IMG/VR virus record: IMGVR_UViG_3300033124_000584
Length of the DNA: 64,000 nucleotides
Source of the DNA: a virus
Direction: 5' to 3' (one strand)
Position numbers and translations under genes: made by a program
Notes under the pieces: model-generated
Databases searched by the model: none
Told to the model about the DNA's origin: nothing
What the model saw: only the letters and a program-made list of their open reading frames with translations
Shown here: piece by piece, positions 32,601 through 39,145 of the stretch
How the letters are laid out: each line of letters starts with the position of its first letter
How positions within the stretch are numbered: position 1 is the stretch's first letter

Positions 32601-35600
32601 TTACTTACAATAACGGATTGTATGTCGCAGTTGGTGACAATGTTATTTCATCTACTGATTTAAATACTTGGACAAGTGTGTATGAATTTCCTAATAATGG
32701 ATTAGTAAATACACTTAATGATGTTGCATATGTAAGCAATGCAGGATTTACTGGTTTTGTTGGAGTTGGTTTAGGTCAACGTTATGTTGCAGGACAAGCT
32801 GTTTCTGCAGGTATTATATATGCAAGCCCGGGTAGTGCTACTGCATGGTCTATGACTTCATTTAATCAAACTGAATATGGATTAAATGCGGTTACATCAA
32901 ATGGTCAAACTATAGTGGCAGTGGGTGACAATGGTCTAGTATATACTAGTTTTAATACATATGATTGGTACTTACAAGCATCAGGTGTCTCTGAAAATTT
33001 AAACAATATTATTTGGGACAGTGTTAATAATATATTTGTTGCAGTAGGAAATAATGGTACAATTATTACTGCTCCTATTGACGGGGCAACTTGGAGTGAT
33101 TATACAGACACTGGAGTAACAAGTGAAGACCTTGAAAGTGTTTTATATAACAATGACTCTAGTGAATATATAATTGTAGGATTTAATAATACTGTATTAA
33201 CAAGTGTGGACGCAGAAACATGGACTTTATCTGCTAATTTTGAAACGATTCCTACTGTATACACTGTACAAGGTGACGCATTTACTGTTGGTTATGGTCC
33301 GGAAGAACTTGTAGCCGGTGTTGTTACGGATGCAATAACTATGATTACTGCTACCCGACCAGGTACAAACTGGGATGAAACTATATACCAACATGTTGGG
33401 TACAATGTAGTTTCATTAGAACTAACACCAACTAGTGGTACTCAAACTGAGTATAGTTTTTTATATGCAGTATCTACCCCAGCACAATTAACTGTGTCTG
33501 TGATTAATTATGTTACTGGGTTATCAACTACATTAGTAGGACCAAATACTGATGGAATTAATTCGGACTACACAGTTGATTGGGTTAATAAAGTTATTAT
33601 ATTAAATAATCCAATAGCATATGTGACCGCAGGTACATCAGACAAATTAAGAATAGATGTGTATGAAACCGGTAACGGAGATCAATTAGTTAAGGCTAAT
33701 ACAGAAACAGATCCTATTCGTGATAATACAGTAACTGGATTTCAAGAGATATATGTTAATGCAAATTATAGTGCCGGCATATATCAAGGTTCAGGTGTTA
33801 TTAGACCCACAACAGAACCACAACAAGCTACTGCTATTTCAACAAGTGATATAACAGATGCTATTACTTGTGTAAGCGTACAAGATTTTGTATTAAATGG
33901 TGCTATCACATTCAGTGGAGCAGTATTTGGTAATATTGTAGAAGATCAAGTTTACTATGTAAAATCTATAAGCTATGTTTCAAATAGAATTACTATTTCA
34001 GAAGTATATAATATTAGTACAGGTACTGCAGGAGCAACATTCCCCTTAAGTACTGCTACAGGTAGTATGGAAGTTATTATTCAAGTTGGAACAGGTACTG
34101 TTTGGACACCTCCTCTGGTATTTGATAATGGTTCTAAATTAGTATTAGGACATACCGCTACTGTAACAAGAACAAAAAGCATAACTAATACTATAACTTC
34201 TATTACAACTGGTGATTTAGTAATAGATCAGGCTATTAAATTTAGCAATACAATATTTGGTGGAATTGTACCTCTGCAAACATATTATGTAAAAGCTATT
34301 ATTGATGGAAATGAATTTACTATATCCGAAACTGTAGGTGGACCTACATTCGAATTGACAAATGCAACGGGCGGCGCAATATTTGTATCCGCTGACTATG
34401 CTATTGGTTTAGCAGATAATGGTATTAGTGCGGCATTGATATTAGCAAATGAACATAATGCGTCTGTTGACTATATAACATACACATTGTTTGGTGAAAC
34501 TCTACCAATACAGTATGGATATACAATACCCGAAGTTCAATACTTTAGTGGTAATGGATCAACTTCTGAATTCATTTTAACTAATTATGTTGGTGATAGT
34601 AATGTTACTAGTGCAATAGTTGAAATTGATGGTATTCGTCAAACAAGTTCAGCGTATACTATTAGTTCAACTACTAATTCAATAATATTCAATACACCAC
34701 CGGCGGTTGATACTGTAGTTTCTGTTACCTCATATAATTTAACCGATCGTCAGTATTTTAATACTCAATATGGTATCACTGGTTCTTCCGGATCAGCGTT
34801 AGGTACTATTGTAGTTAGTGACACTGTAAATCTTATTAGTACGTTTGACCAAGACACACCAACTGTAGATACCTTTGATGAAGACTCTCCTAATATTGTA
34901 TTGTTCGATCAGGAATTAAATTATTTAACTTTGGCTGCCCCTTATACGACAGCAGATTTAGAAATAAATTACCCCATCGTATTCAGTTCCCCTACACTAG
35001 GTGGATTAAATGCAGGTCAAGTATATTATGTTATTGAAATTTTAAATTCAACTGATTTTGTTATTTCAACTAGTGTTGGTGGTGTTGCTACTGTAGTTAC
35101 TACTGATAGCGGTACGATGAATGGTGTAGTTAATGGTTTAACTGTTGCAAATATTGTTGGTATAAATAATGCGATTACACAACCAAGTGCTACTGTAATT
35201 TGTACGGGCACACTAGCATCTCCTGACAATTTTGTTGTGTGTAGTAATACTTCACCTTTAATCGTAGATCAGGAAATTACATTTAAAGCACCCGTATCTG
35301 TAGCCGGAGCATTTAATCCTGGATCAGTATATACAATTACAGTTGTTGGTACAACAGATTTTACTTCATTGGGTGCATCTGCTAATGAAGTTGGAGTAAT
35401 ATTTACTTGCAACTCAAATCCGCAAACAGGTAATGGTCAAGCGTTACTATCTAATGTAGGCGGAGTAGATACTGCTGGTACTGTTTATTTTGTTGCATCT
35501 ATTGACAGCGCAACTGAATTTACAATTAAAGATCAATATGGTGTTACTGTGGAACTAACTACGTCAGGTGATGGTATGGTTGGCTTTATGGGTGGTAATG

Positions 35601-37081
35601 TTGCAATACGTGTAGAAACAGGTATTAATCATAATTTAACTGAAAATGCGCTAGTAAGACTTGACGGAATATTAGGTTCAGTTCAATTAAACAACAATAC
35701 GTATTATGCTAAAATAATAACTGATAAACAAATCTATTTGTACGCAGTACCTTATAATCCTGCATTGAATGCAGTTAATGATCCAATAACATTTGCGTCA
35801 TCTTACATATCTGGTGGATATGTTTGGATAGATCAATTGTTTACGGTGGCAGATACCTTTACTAAGTTTACTACTTCAGGTAGTAATAGAATTACAGTAA
35901 ATGATGCTACTGGAATAATTATAGGAACACCAATATATTTTACTGCTATAGGTGCAGTCACTGGAGAGAATATATTAGGTAATATTGAAGCTAATACTGA
36001 ATACTACGTTTTAAGTGCTCAACCAGAAACAACACCGGACAATTTCATTACTGGTAATCAATATGAAATCACTGCTTTAGGTAATACTAATTGGGCCGCT
36101 GTCGGTGCAACAACTATTGCAGTAGGGGCAACATTTACTGCAATTGGTTCAGGCTCAGGCACAGGTACAGCATTGTCATTACAAGAGTTTACTATTTCAT
36201 CACAACGATATCCAGATGAAGCAGAATTTGTATTAGCAAACGATGTTGGTGAGATTACAGTATCACAGTTCCAACAAGTAAATGTTGACAGATTGTGGGT
36301 AACAGTTAACGGATATAGAGTACCATCTAGTTTATTAAGAATCAATCCATACAATAATTTAAGTATACTAACAACTATTACAACTGGCGATGATGTAACT
36401 ATTACAAGCATGATGCCAACGGCTACTCCAAACGAAGAAGTATACTTATTAAATGTTTCAGCTTCAAGTCAAGCGGCTGTATACAGAGCCAACACTCAAA
36501 CAAGAACTTGGTTAGTACATCCTTTAAGTATTACAGACACTACAATTTACTTAAATGATGCCTCTCGAATAACTGATAGTATTATTCAAAATGTGACTAC
36601 TCCGGTGGCAGTGGACGGAACATACACTATTGGATTAACAGCCAATAAAAATACAATTTGTCACGTTCAGGTATACAATAATACCACAAACAGTTTAGTA
36701 GATCCTGAAAATTATAGTTTATCTACTTTTGATACTGCCCCGATTGTTGTGATTACAGGTGGTGTAACTGTAGGTGATTCATTAACAATCACAACGACTG
36801 AGGGTAGACTATTGTATATCAATGGAGAGCAAATTGGATTTGCTGAATGCGATTTAATAACTAATACTGTTACTGGACTAATTCGCGGTGCAAACGGAAC
36901 CGGTGCACAGACATATATTCCGTTATATTCGGAAGTGTTTGGTATTATTCCTAATAATAGAATGTCTAATGTTGATTATTCTGATACATGGAATTCATAC
37001 ATATATAATACAATCGACGGAGATCCACTACAGATTAGCCAAACTTCAGGGGCAAATTTCTTGAGAGTGGATAGAAATTAA
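17684..37081 (+). CDS. Giant multidomain baseplate wedge / fibre-like virion protein (6465 aa; gp7 position)
   Basis: Uninterrupted 19.4-kb ORF directly after gp6; contains EVKPYHVVIKEF; seven FG-GAP-like motifs (about 24900-26760), seven Asp-box-like blades (about 32315-33223), about 13 copies of a 'PI.F.G...GG....YYV..I....FTIS' module and two CBM5/12-like motifs. Confidence 0.8.
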   Translation: MATRIRTLNFLPEIFQTTTNSQFLQATLDQLVAQPSTKKIEGYIGSTFGYGVNANDKYVIEPTKVRTDYQLDPGVVFLKENDTTANDFISYPGILDALKLEGAITDDNSRLFTSQFYSWDSFTDLDKIINFNQYYWLPEGPNRVVISSDIVYNAVNFTVTDEANDYLIYSDINPVATPNPTLTLLRGGTYTFNVDQDTQFWIQGMPGVTGYSPTEPNVQTRDVYGVTNNGTTQGVVTFTVPEKNAQSEYNFPLGPRCGVVSTLPFSEINGAIVSAIGGIDGVTALDGLTVMFYNTGVADEYGFIQKFYDQTLYDEETINSGTQTVSTDSGPVTFPVGGSPYVYPGTELDQANFEGGYYTEVNSYFFNITILPGDIIQLTPAGIIPTNQQIIPIFGNEYANRGFYRNSLGSIELIPYNSAILDQLYYQDGTSATKVGVIRLVDSNVTNEINVPTEILGKKTYTAPNGVVFTNGLKILFQGNVFPNSYDNVEYYVEGVGTAIELIPVATLISPGLFSAGTYIPFDTTPYDVGNYDSGLYIPVQQDYITIARNAINRNAWSRSNRWFHIDVINATATYNNDPALATEWATTNNKAKRPIIEFYPNLRLFNSGVLGKDPIDYIDTRTTDAFTLVAGQESYYPDVAGYTTYNATIDPITGPITNRVITKTAALTNQITLDSTAGLYINDTITVDTDFGGLLAPDLVAFPPEPNIYYIIEIAGNNIVVSTERQGSAVTLTTAIGSVSTVIKSFSTIVTVPTDDVSGLFEVGQYIIDSTGLLPAVAYITNIVTNTTDTIITVGWDNYQTIAGTSVASVVTADTPLSNYALFDGARIVFAVDTNLSVRNKIYISRFSSITGTSTPIITLTEAPNGDVLPDEQTAVYRGYNSQGKDFYFDGVEWYAGQQKTTVNQPPYFDIFDNNGVSFGDPTVYIGTSFVGSTLFAYGLGTGPDDAILGFPIRYSSVDNVGDTSFDVTLNSQTFNYVSGTAPITQNVNTGYVYNYTDRLSYVRQLGWQTAVSPSVQYQIFEFDWSPAVQSFTFTCDVAPVSSNSTNWPVVQVYINNVYQDPATMYTYTTTDTSTTVTMTINSLVDTVIQVLILSDQISNTAYYGIPINLSNNPFNEDVTTVNVGDIRGQYQSIFYNNPNTAGEIFGPNNYRDLGNMVPWGNRIIQNSGSLALPGTFLRKQSHNLFNSLLYNSRQYITFKTLLVDTINNTNYTSRLTPAEMLDDAMDQITASKTDSQPFFWSDMLPSKSAYISNTYSFANSLDVSIYPLSRIYNFATANYYGVLVYLVRNGVTTQLITGIDYTVSTTAPSLTVTTDLLPNDQIIINEYNQTYGNYVPNTPTKLGLFPATVPAVTLDTAYTEPTYFIVGHDGSYTKLYGEYFPETNTLEDFRDQVLLEYETRVYNNLKLSNVIPIELSEILPGFFRTTDYSYDEFLQIYSESFLNWAGENRINYKKQLFNKNNQFTFNYDSNSSKIDGSAIEQGYFRGLYLYYYDTSTPDKTPWQMIGYENEPTWWTSRYGAAPYTSDNLVLWGDMSEGVDWNDGNPVIIPRYIRSGLLEVIPVDSNGNLLAPFEAILGNYNQNTFNRDWQVGDVGPAEFSYRRSSTWAFDLMRILALTRPAEFFNLAVDVDNYKYNAEFNQFLVNDRSHLAISDILIYGDGTPATSYINWIVDYEKQVGIDATTNITTLLDNLDVRLVYRIAGYSDKDLLQFYVEKSSANSNNSSLLIPDESYQVLLYDNQPFDRIVYSGVVVQISENGYKIFGNSQTDAYFTTVVPKNNGVTESITVENLTVKLATSFYDKTVLIPYGTEFYSVQEVAQFLNCYGKYLETQGLVFDQIENGIPVTWQQMIAEYMYWSQMGWELGSITTINPGATLLSINRDSYIVQPLTLRQQNFVLNQNLYPIQSSDLAIVREGTAFTAQPLNQGDAISYGQFNISNFEHGIVFNNVTLFNDIIYNLVTGLRQNRIFVRGAKTAEWNGTVDAFGFILNQDNIQQWNSELKYTKGEIVLYKNRYWSALTIVQAKQVFDEMDWKEVPYEQIQKGLLPNSQTRSYESTLYYNSNTTNLENDADLLSFSLIGYRPRDYLATANLTDITQVNVYKNMIKQKGTLNAASAFKGATLAQGGIDYDIYENWAIKSGEYGGVLNNNFIEVRLQESVLTGNPSIVGLTSGVYTDGVQQEIPLYSIFNYGRPINSPDVLPTISSSEPSTLLPTAGYVNYNDVKMSSYFYSGLANARNAANVRVPINQFYVRDYVWLANYLADWQVYTPVSLGSITNAKNNLNGTVTITFSQAHNLTKYQLFAILNFNTQINNYYIVAAVVDPFRVIINLSLPSTITTLTGQGIGFKMQSQRVATAPEIANLPSLLDNEFNKLKVWVDTNNDGSWAVFRKSLNYQYDKEILRTDSQTFGSAVAYTPLMGYLIGDADIGKVYRYSFDISTDSYIVDEIITQGASFGSTITYVDDIFVISEPTGTPKVYVYQLLTTTLVNEIDLYQTITAPGGVTNWGSATALSGDKNWLYISATDLNRVYVYRLSALTNEYELSTYFTVAGLTSGDQFGYSIATDYYGDTVVVGAPYQNYDINTENYGYTYAFARTVQNFEVQATSQSYVPQSFPLTWTPSTLSTTANTISGNAITLGSVSGLSDGVNGTPIVFTGTPYGGISANTVYYVKQISGSTITISLTRNGTALTLTNSTGTMTATGQTTPLFVNVNGTPLEDNTYAVISSTLYIYSGQTPTLNAGDIVNVSGSNFVLAQTLTNEEPPRIGVQFGTSVDTNNFANEILVGAPFELSDTNQEGAVHRYTNGGEKYGIIIGTADCNITTQRVILLNGYSITLPVGNATVVSNAINSAGITNITSTAIDGKLIIQLIDIAIGVPSNKLSLTVLNSATLAEMGVNLYTQTQKILCPHTIGPTQFGTVVKFNEQGSFVASAPTGMRYSSTTFDFSDDELDNDTVFDNNATQWVDTFTNAGAVYMFDYLSTYNENLNVPGKFAYAQSVNAQNLDYGAQPMYGQAIDFNNNHVIIGTPNFNPTSNPEDTNGQVISYISLSSEPDWAVYRSSAPVVDINSIGPIQLFSASTNNTLENLDYFDPLQGKLLGAVQENIDVISNNDPAAYNNPGNTQRGIVWGASQVGQIWFNTTNTRFVNYHQNDVTYNSQYWGRVFTGSDVAVCSWIESDVPPTQYIGPGTPFNINTYAIHAVLNTEGTVVPVYYYWVRNTNIVFTQRGKTLADSTIQSYIAQPQNTGIGYFAPLQSNIFALYNSASYINANDTVLHIGYASGSSDDVAHNQFSLIRAGYADDFLNGIPGSGAAYQNHGAVGIDQPIGLYNRMLDSLAGVDNSGAVVPNPFLPKPVQSGVLARPRQSFFYNRYNALKNYLQYANAIMAQFPIVEIRNPQFLYRVGEINPTTDQPFFDTTKYWNLITWWAPGYNNNTRASLQVPIYADLSTLNVDTGTIVTVATNGAGNAETYVLSADGNWTRIGLENGTIEFSNYLWDYSAAKLGWGDNFFDTTPYDEYPSEETRYIVRALNEEIYTNELLVYRNKSLILLFEYIQSETIESQNFLPWLNKTSFIDVSHTIRELRPIEVFQSDYQDFLTGYLNEVKPYHVVIKEFLFKYTGIDVFEGDITDFDLPAQWSPSTQTFISPELVYANPNTIDEFLPTDTIWQSPSYSQWYQHYGLSIVGQPAYPISILESFIPLNSNSMYVDNATGFPVTGVVLIGTELISYNTVNLATNQLSGLSRGVNGTPIQIHVPGEQIIIDLPAVLVLNSGRSYANPPLITASIDTTLYPAPRVPAQLEPIMSLDKVIGVNVINPGEGYVVLPTINIEPAFIVSVNSTSVNLVNNTIGLVSATLQTGDLVVYNPGSGSTQIGGLDVGQRYYIGLLESTPSPIIAIYSTYSDALYDRDRIVLTSTGTGTQKFSVGAYASCVTSATPVRENNITLRFDRTSYTSKVIDWEPAGFYGSFYAGDYADEQIFSSSSIKLYSTNPPIGGILAGETFGITASSQGGVFQILDVENLQTLTWSSRTRDTVQTYGSASLYPNAIRINPSTGGAEVAGEIGSTIGFYIGMPIKFVGAVPVGSPIISSSPSVDNKYYVKSLVQLPNPDTGLLEDTGFTISDTVDVNGNPGSVLVLNTAPVPTAGLTLYVGNLTNTALLTINYDGLRNASATSSTNNSVTVDLTVTGQAGTSLFYTGLPIFFVGTEFGGINENKRYYVNAVIDETTFTMTETSTPTIIDCTETVAAGNLVICTTTVDLSVNDPVIFNNMGINGNAVATFGNIESGTLYYIREIVSTSTFTLSTSINGPVFVLANQSASNDTIAPMLLQTEVVQLTTATGSMQLNVNNAISPGQISGQQFTLYGQSGPYIDQSGIASDLIDRVITSTIGTIAFPYNRVCLSNIGGGITNIYANMYFDVSDSIGGLTPGGGSGVDDSYEITGTGTTAINVTRADSSGNWLAITYTTNPDYPDTSDALYVGMPIYFSGESLGGVLLDTVYYVYEIEAPSGLYPGGRFKLSEDVAVPRDVFVINFTQTGIMLGTGESYVEVSETLSTDVALSDTTTLTQVVQTIAEFNVSSKLGGYSISPTINGTGYAVNNLITILGTNLGGTTPTNDLLLTVLTIDSNGGVLTAIAGGTPSGVENQYYLKVVNEGQVEVYSNPNMTVAVSGQNFPYVGATITTATIATASNNRFTVTSSTDFNINEPVVFTGTVFGGVVPAQTYYILTKPTSTTVTISDTIGGTVFDITTDATGSMTMASAGDYALLPQPFYFDASLVRYNNNVYQCIISNNDSEFIIGKWELLQSGNRKLNALDRVVGYYKPDKTNVEAWNQYINMPGDDLTQLFTGITYPNSTYQGNAFPPSEEFVLDTILTDQPFYPTGINLKSIVWNGLLYLAVSDTSTNALVNASTNSIDWTIKQLANSPIGITDLIYAGGKYVVTTTNNATPILTSTNGAEWDSTISYTPVSTATSQSLSMNGVTYNNGLYVAVGDNVISSTDLNTWTSVYEFPNNGLVNTLNDVAYVSNAGFTGFVGVGLGQRYVAGQAVSAGIIYASPGSATAWSMTSFNQTEYGLNAVTSNGQTIVAVGDNGLVYTSFNTYDWYLQASGVSENLNNIIWDSVNNIFVAVGNNGTIITAPIDGATWSDYTDTGVTSEDLESVLYNNDSSEYIIVGFNNTVLTSVDAETWTLSANFETIPTVYTVQGDAFTVGYGPEELVAGVVTDAITMITATRPGTNWDETIYQHVGYNVVSLELTPTSGTQTEYSFLYAVSTPAQLTVSVINYVTGLSTTLVGPNTDGINSDYTVDWVNKVIILNNPIAYVTAGTSDKLRIDVYETGNGDQLVKANTETDPIRDNTVTGFQEIYVNANYSAGIYQGSGVIRPTTEPQQATAISTSDITDAITCVSVQDFVLNGAITFSGAVFGNIVEDQVYYVKSISYVSNRITISEVYNISTGTAGATFPLSTATGSMEVIIQVGTGTVWTPPLVFDNGSKLVLGHTATVTRTKSITNTITSITTGDLVIDQAIKFSNTIFGGIVPLQTYYVKAIIDGNEFTISETVGGPTFELTNATGGAIFVSADYAIGLADNGISAALILANEHNASVDYITYTLFGETLPIQYGYTIPEVQYFSGNGSTSEFILTNYVGDSNVTSAIVEIDGIRQTSSAYTISSTTNSIIFNTPPAVDTVVSVTSYNLTDRQYFNTQYGITGSSGSALGTIVVSDTVNLISTFDQDTPTVDTFDEDSPNIVLFDQELNYLTLAAPYTTADLEINYPIVFSSPTLGGLNAGQVYYVIEILNSTDFVISTSVGGVATVVTTDSGTMNGVVNGLTVANIVGINNAITQPSATVICTGTLASPDNFVVCSNTSPLIVDQEITFKAPVSVAGAFNPGSVYTITVVGTTDFTSLGASANEVGVIFTCNSNPQTGNGQALLSNVGGVDTAGTVYFVASIDSATEFTIKDQYGVTVELTTSGDGMVGFMGGNVAIRVETGINHNLTENALVRLDGILGSVQLNNNTYYAKIITDKQIYLYAVPYNPALNAVNDPITFASSYISGGYVWIDQLFTVADTFTKFTTSGSNRITVNDATGIIIGTPIYFTAIGAVTGENILGNIEANTEYYVLSAQPETTPDNFITGNQYEITALGNTNWAAVGATTIAVGATFTAIGSGSGTGTALSLQEFTISSQRYPDEAEFVLANDVGEITVSQFQQVNVDRLWVTVNGYRVPSSLLRINPYNNLSILTTITTGDDVTITSMMPTATPNEEVYLLNVSASSQAAVYRANTQTRTWLVHPLSITDTTIYLNDASRITDSIIQNVTTPVAVDGTYTIGLTANKNTICHVQVYNNTTNSLVDPENYSLSTFDTAPIVVITGGVTVGDSLTITTTEGRLLYINGEQIGFAECDLITNTVTGLIRGANGTGAQTYIPLYSEVFGIIPNNRMSNVDYSDTWNSYIYNTIDGDPLQISQTSGANFLRVDRN

Positions 37082-37083
37082 AA

Positions 37084-37091
37084 GATAAATA
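37084..37091 (+). promoter_or_regulatory. Putative late promoter GATAAATA
   Basis: Exact octamer 2 nt after the giant-ORF stop and 8 nt before ATG 37100. Confidence 0.6.
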
Positions 37092-37099
37092 AGTATATT

Positions 37100-37252
37100 A
37101 TGAATGAAAAAGTGCAAGAATCCAAAAAATCAGAACCTGAACGTCCCGGGCCAAAGCCCAACGAACATGGTGGTTTTTATTTTTCTTCTACTGTTAAAAT
37201 AACAGATCCAAACACTAAAGAAATACTGGTCCAAATGCGAGGCGACAACTAA
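37100..37252 (+). CDS. Small 50-aa protein below the ORF-track cutoff
   Basis: Hand translation MNEKVQESKKSEPERPGPKPNEHGGFYFSSTVKITDPNTKEILVQMRGDN*; fills the gap after a late-promoter motif and ends in a TAATG overlap with the next gene. Confidence 0.7.
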   Translation: MNEKVQESKKSEPERPGPKPNEHGGFYFSSTVKITDPNTKEILVQMRGDN

Positions 37253-37872
37253 TGTCAATAATTAATTTATCATACAAAATAGAGGGATTTTTGAAGATTT
37301 ACGACCCTAACAACGGTGAAGTATTCGTAGATAAGAAAAATGCCATCAATTATGAAAATATGTCAGAAGCTATTGCTGACACATTAAGCAGTCGCGGATA
37401 CGGTGAAATATATCAAATGGCCTTTGGAAACGGCGGGGCAAGCGTTTCTGAGACCGGAGTTATTACATATTTGCCACCAAATACTACAGGCCAAAATGCG
37501 GCCCTTTATAATCAGACTTACGCTAAAATTGTTGACGATACTAGTGTTTTTAATCTAGACCCCACACGTAACAAAATGACAGTTTCACATACTACCGGTA
37601 AGGTTTATACTGACATTTTAGTACAATGTTTGTTAGATTACGGTGAACCTGCTGGACAAGCCGCATTTGATAATAGTACACAAACTGATTCTGCCTACAT
37701 CTTTGATGAATTAGGATTGCTTGCTAATTACGGGACAGATACTACGGGACAAGTAATCACTAGATTATTAACTCATGTGATTTTTCACCCAGTACAAAAG
37801 AGTTTAAATAGACAAATACAAATAGATTACACAGTCAGAATTCAAAGTTTGACTAATTTAGTAACAATTTAA
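37252..37872 (+). CDS. Putative baseplate/tail-fibre attachment protein (206 aa)
   Basis: MAFGNGG...FDELGLLA...LTHVIFHPVQKSLNRQIQIDYTVRI resembles fibre-anchoring domains; lies between the wedge and fibre genes. Confidence 0.5.
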   Translation: MSIINLSYKIEGFLKIYDPNNGEVFVDKKNAINYENMSEAIADTLSSRGYGEIYQMAFGNGGASVSETGVITYLPPNTTGQNAALYNQTYAKIVDDTSVFNLDPTRNKMTVSHTTGKVYTDILVQCLLDYGEPAGQAAFDNSTQTDSAYIFDELGLLANYGTDTTGQVITRLLTHVIFHPVQKSLNRQIQIDYTVRIQSLTNLVTI

Positions 37873-37880
37873 GATAAATA
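37873..37880 (+). promoter_or_regulatory. Putative late promoter GATAAATA
   Basis: Exact octamer immediately after the stop at 37872, 22 nt before ATG 37903. Confidence 0.6.
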
Positions 37881-37902
37881 GAATATCGGAGTAATTTCAA
37901 AA

Positions 37903-39135
37903 ATGGCATATACAATTGTAAAAAGCAATGGTCAAGTACTGACAACCATTCCTGATGGTACTATTAATACGTCAAGTACCTCATTAGCCCTACCAGGTAG
38001 AAACTATGCGGGTTATGGTCAATACGTTGACACAAATTTTGTTTGGCTAACTCAAAATTTTGCCAATACTAGTCCTCCAGCTAACCCATTAGCTGGCCAA
38101 CTATGGTATAATACAAATGCTAACCTTTTGTATGTTTGTCCAGCAGACGGTACAGCCAACGCAAATGCTTGGTTAGCGTTAACAACAACTGCTAGCGGCG
38201 GCACAACAACGTTTGGTGCAATAAATGTAACAGGTAACGTTACAGCAAATAACATGACTGTGCTTAATGGATTCTTTGGTGACTCCATTACTGTTGCTAA
38301 CGCAACAGTAACAGCAAATGCTTCAATTGCTGATGCAAATATTACAACATCTAATATTGGAACAATATTATCTAGAGTTATTACAACAGGTGCTCAAGGA
38401 ACAACTGGTAATTTGACAGGTTCTTGGACAATAAACGGCTCAAGTTCTGGAAATTCAGTAGCTATCACTGGTGGTAATTTATCAGTTTCAAATGCTTCAG
38501 GCAATATCTGGGGTATTAGATGTGACAACTATATGTATGCAAATGGATCCCCGTTTAACCCTGCTGGTACGTATAATAATGGTAATGTTTTTGATTACCT
38601 AACTGGATCTAATTCAGTTGCTAGATTCGGCGGAGGAATCTCGGTATCAAGTATTACCACAGCTAATATTACAACCGGCGCAAACACAATAGGTGGACAA
38701 CTAACAGGTAACTGGACATTAACATCCGGTTCAAGATTACAAGCAACATACGCTGACTTAGCTGAACGATTTGAGGCCGATGCATACTATGATGCCGGAA
38801 CCGTTGTTGAATTGGGTGGAGTAAAAGAAGTTACATCCGTTCAGTACGAATTAAGTGAAGATGTGTTTGGTGTGGTCTCTGATACAGCGGCATATTTAAT
38901 GAACTCTGGCGCAGGATCAGATGAAACACATCCCCCAATTGCAGTTTCGGGGCGAGTTAATGTAAAAGTTATTGGTCAGGTAGCAAAGGGTCAACGTTTA
39001 GTAAGTGCAGGTAAAGGTATTGCACGTGCGGCACTACCCGGCGAATCCACTGCGTTTAACACAATCGGTCGTTCATTAGTTGATAAATTAGATGACAACA
39101 TTGGAACTGTGTTGGCAATGGTAACAATTAAATAA
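37903..39135 (+). CDS. Tail fibre/spike protein with a C-terminal intramolecular-chaperone (peptidase G2-like) domain
   Basis: N-terminal GRNYAGYG...NFANTSPPANPLAGQLWYNT; beta-rich middle; C-terminal ATYADLAERFEAD...GTVVELGG...FGVVS...PIAVSGRVNVKV.G...KGQRLV typical of autocleaving chaperone domains. Confidence 0.7.
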   Translation: MAYTIVKSNGQVLTTIPDGTINTSSTSLALPGRNYAGYGQYVDTNFVWLTQNFANTSPPANPLAGQLWYNTNANLLYVCPADGTANANAWLALTTTASGGTTTFGAINVTGNVTANNMTVLNGFFGDSITVANATVTANASIADANITTSNIGTILSRVITTGAQGTTGNLTGSWTINGSSSGNSVAITGGNLSVSNASGNIWGIRCDNYMYANGSPFNPAGTYNNGNVFDYLTGSNSVARFGGGISVSSITTANITTGANTIGGQLTGNWTLTSGSRLQATYADLAERFEADAYYDAGTVVELGGVKEVTSVQYELSEDVFGVVSDTAAYLMNSGAGSDETHPPIAVSGRVNVKVIGQVAKGQRLVSAGKGIARAALPGESTAFNTIGRSLVDKLDDNIGTVLAMVTIK

Positions 39136-39145
39136 GGAATAAAGA

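Noticed and set aside
17684-37081. Intein, intron or stop-codon readthrough as the cause of the giant ORF
   Set aside because: The frame is open in the standard code and no intein splice motifs or homing-endonuclease signature were recognised.
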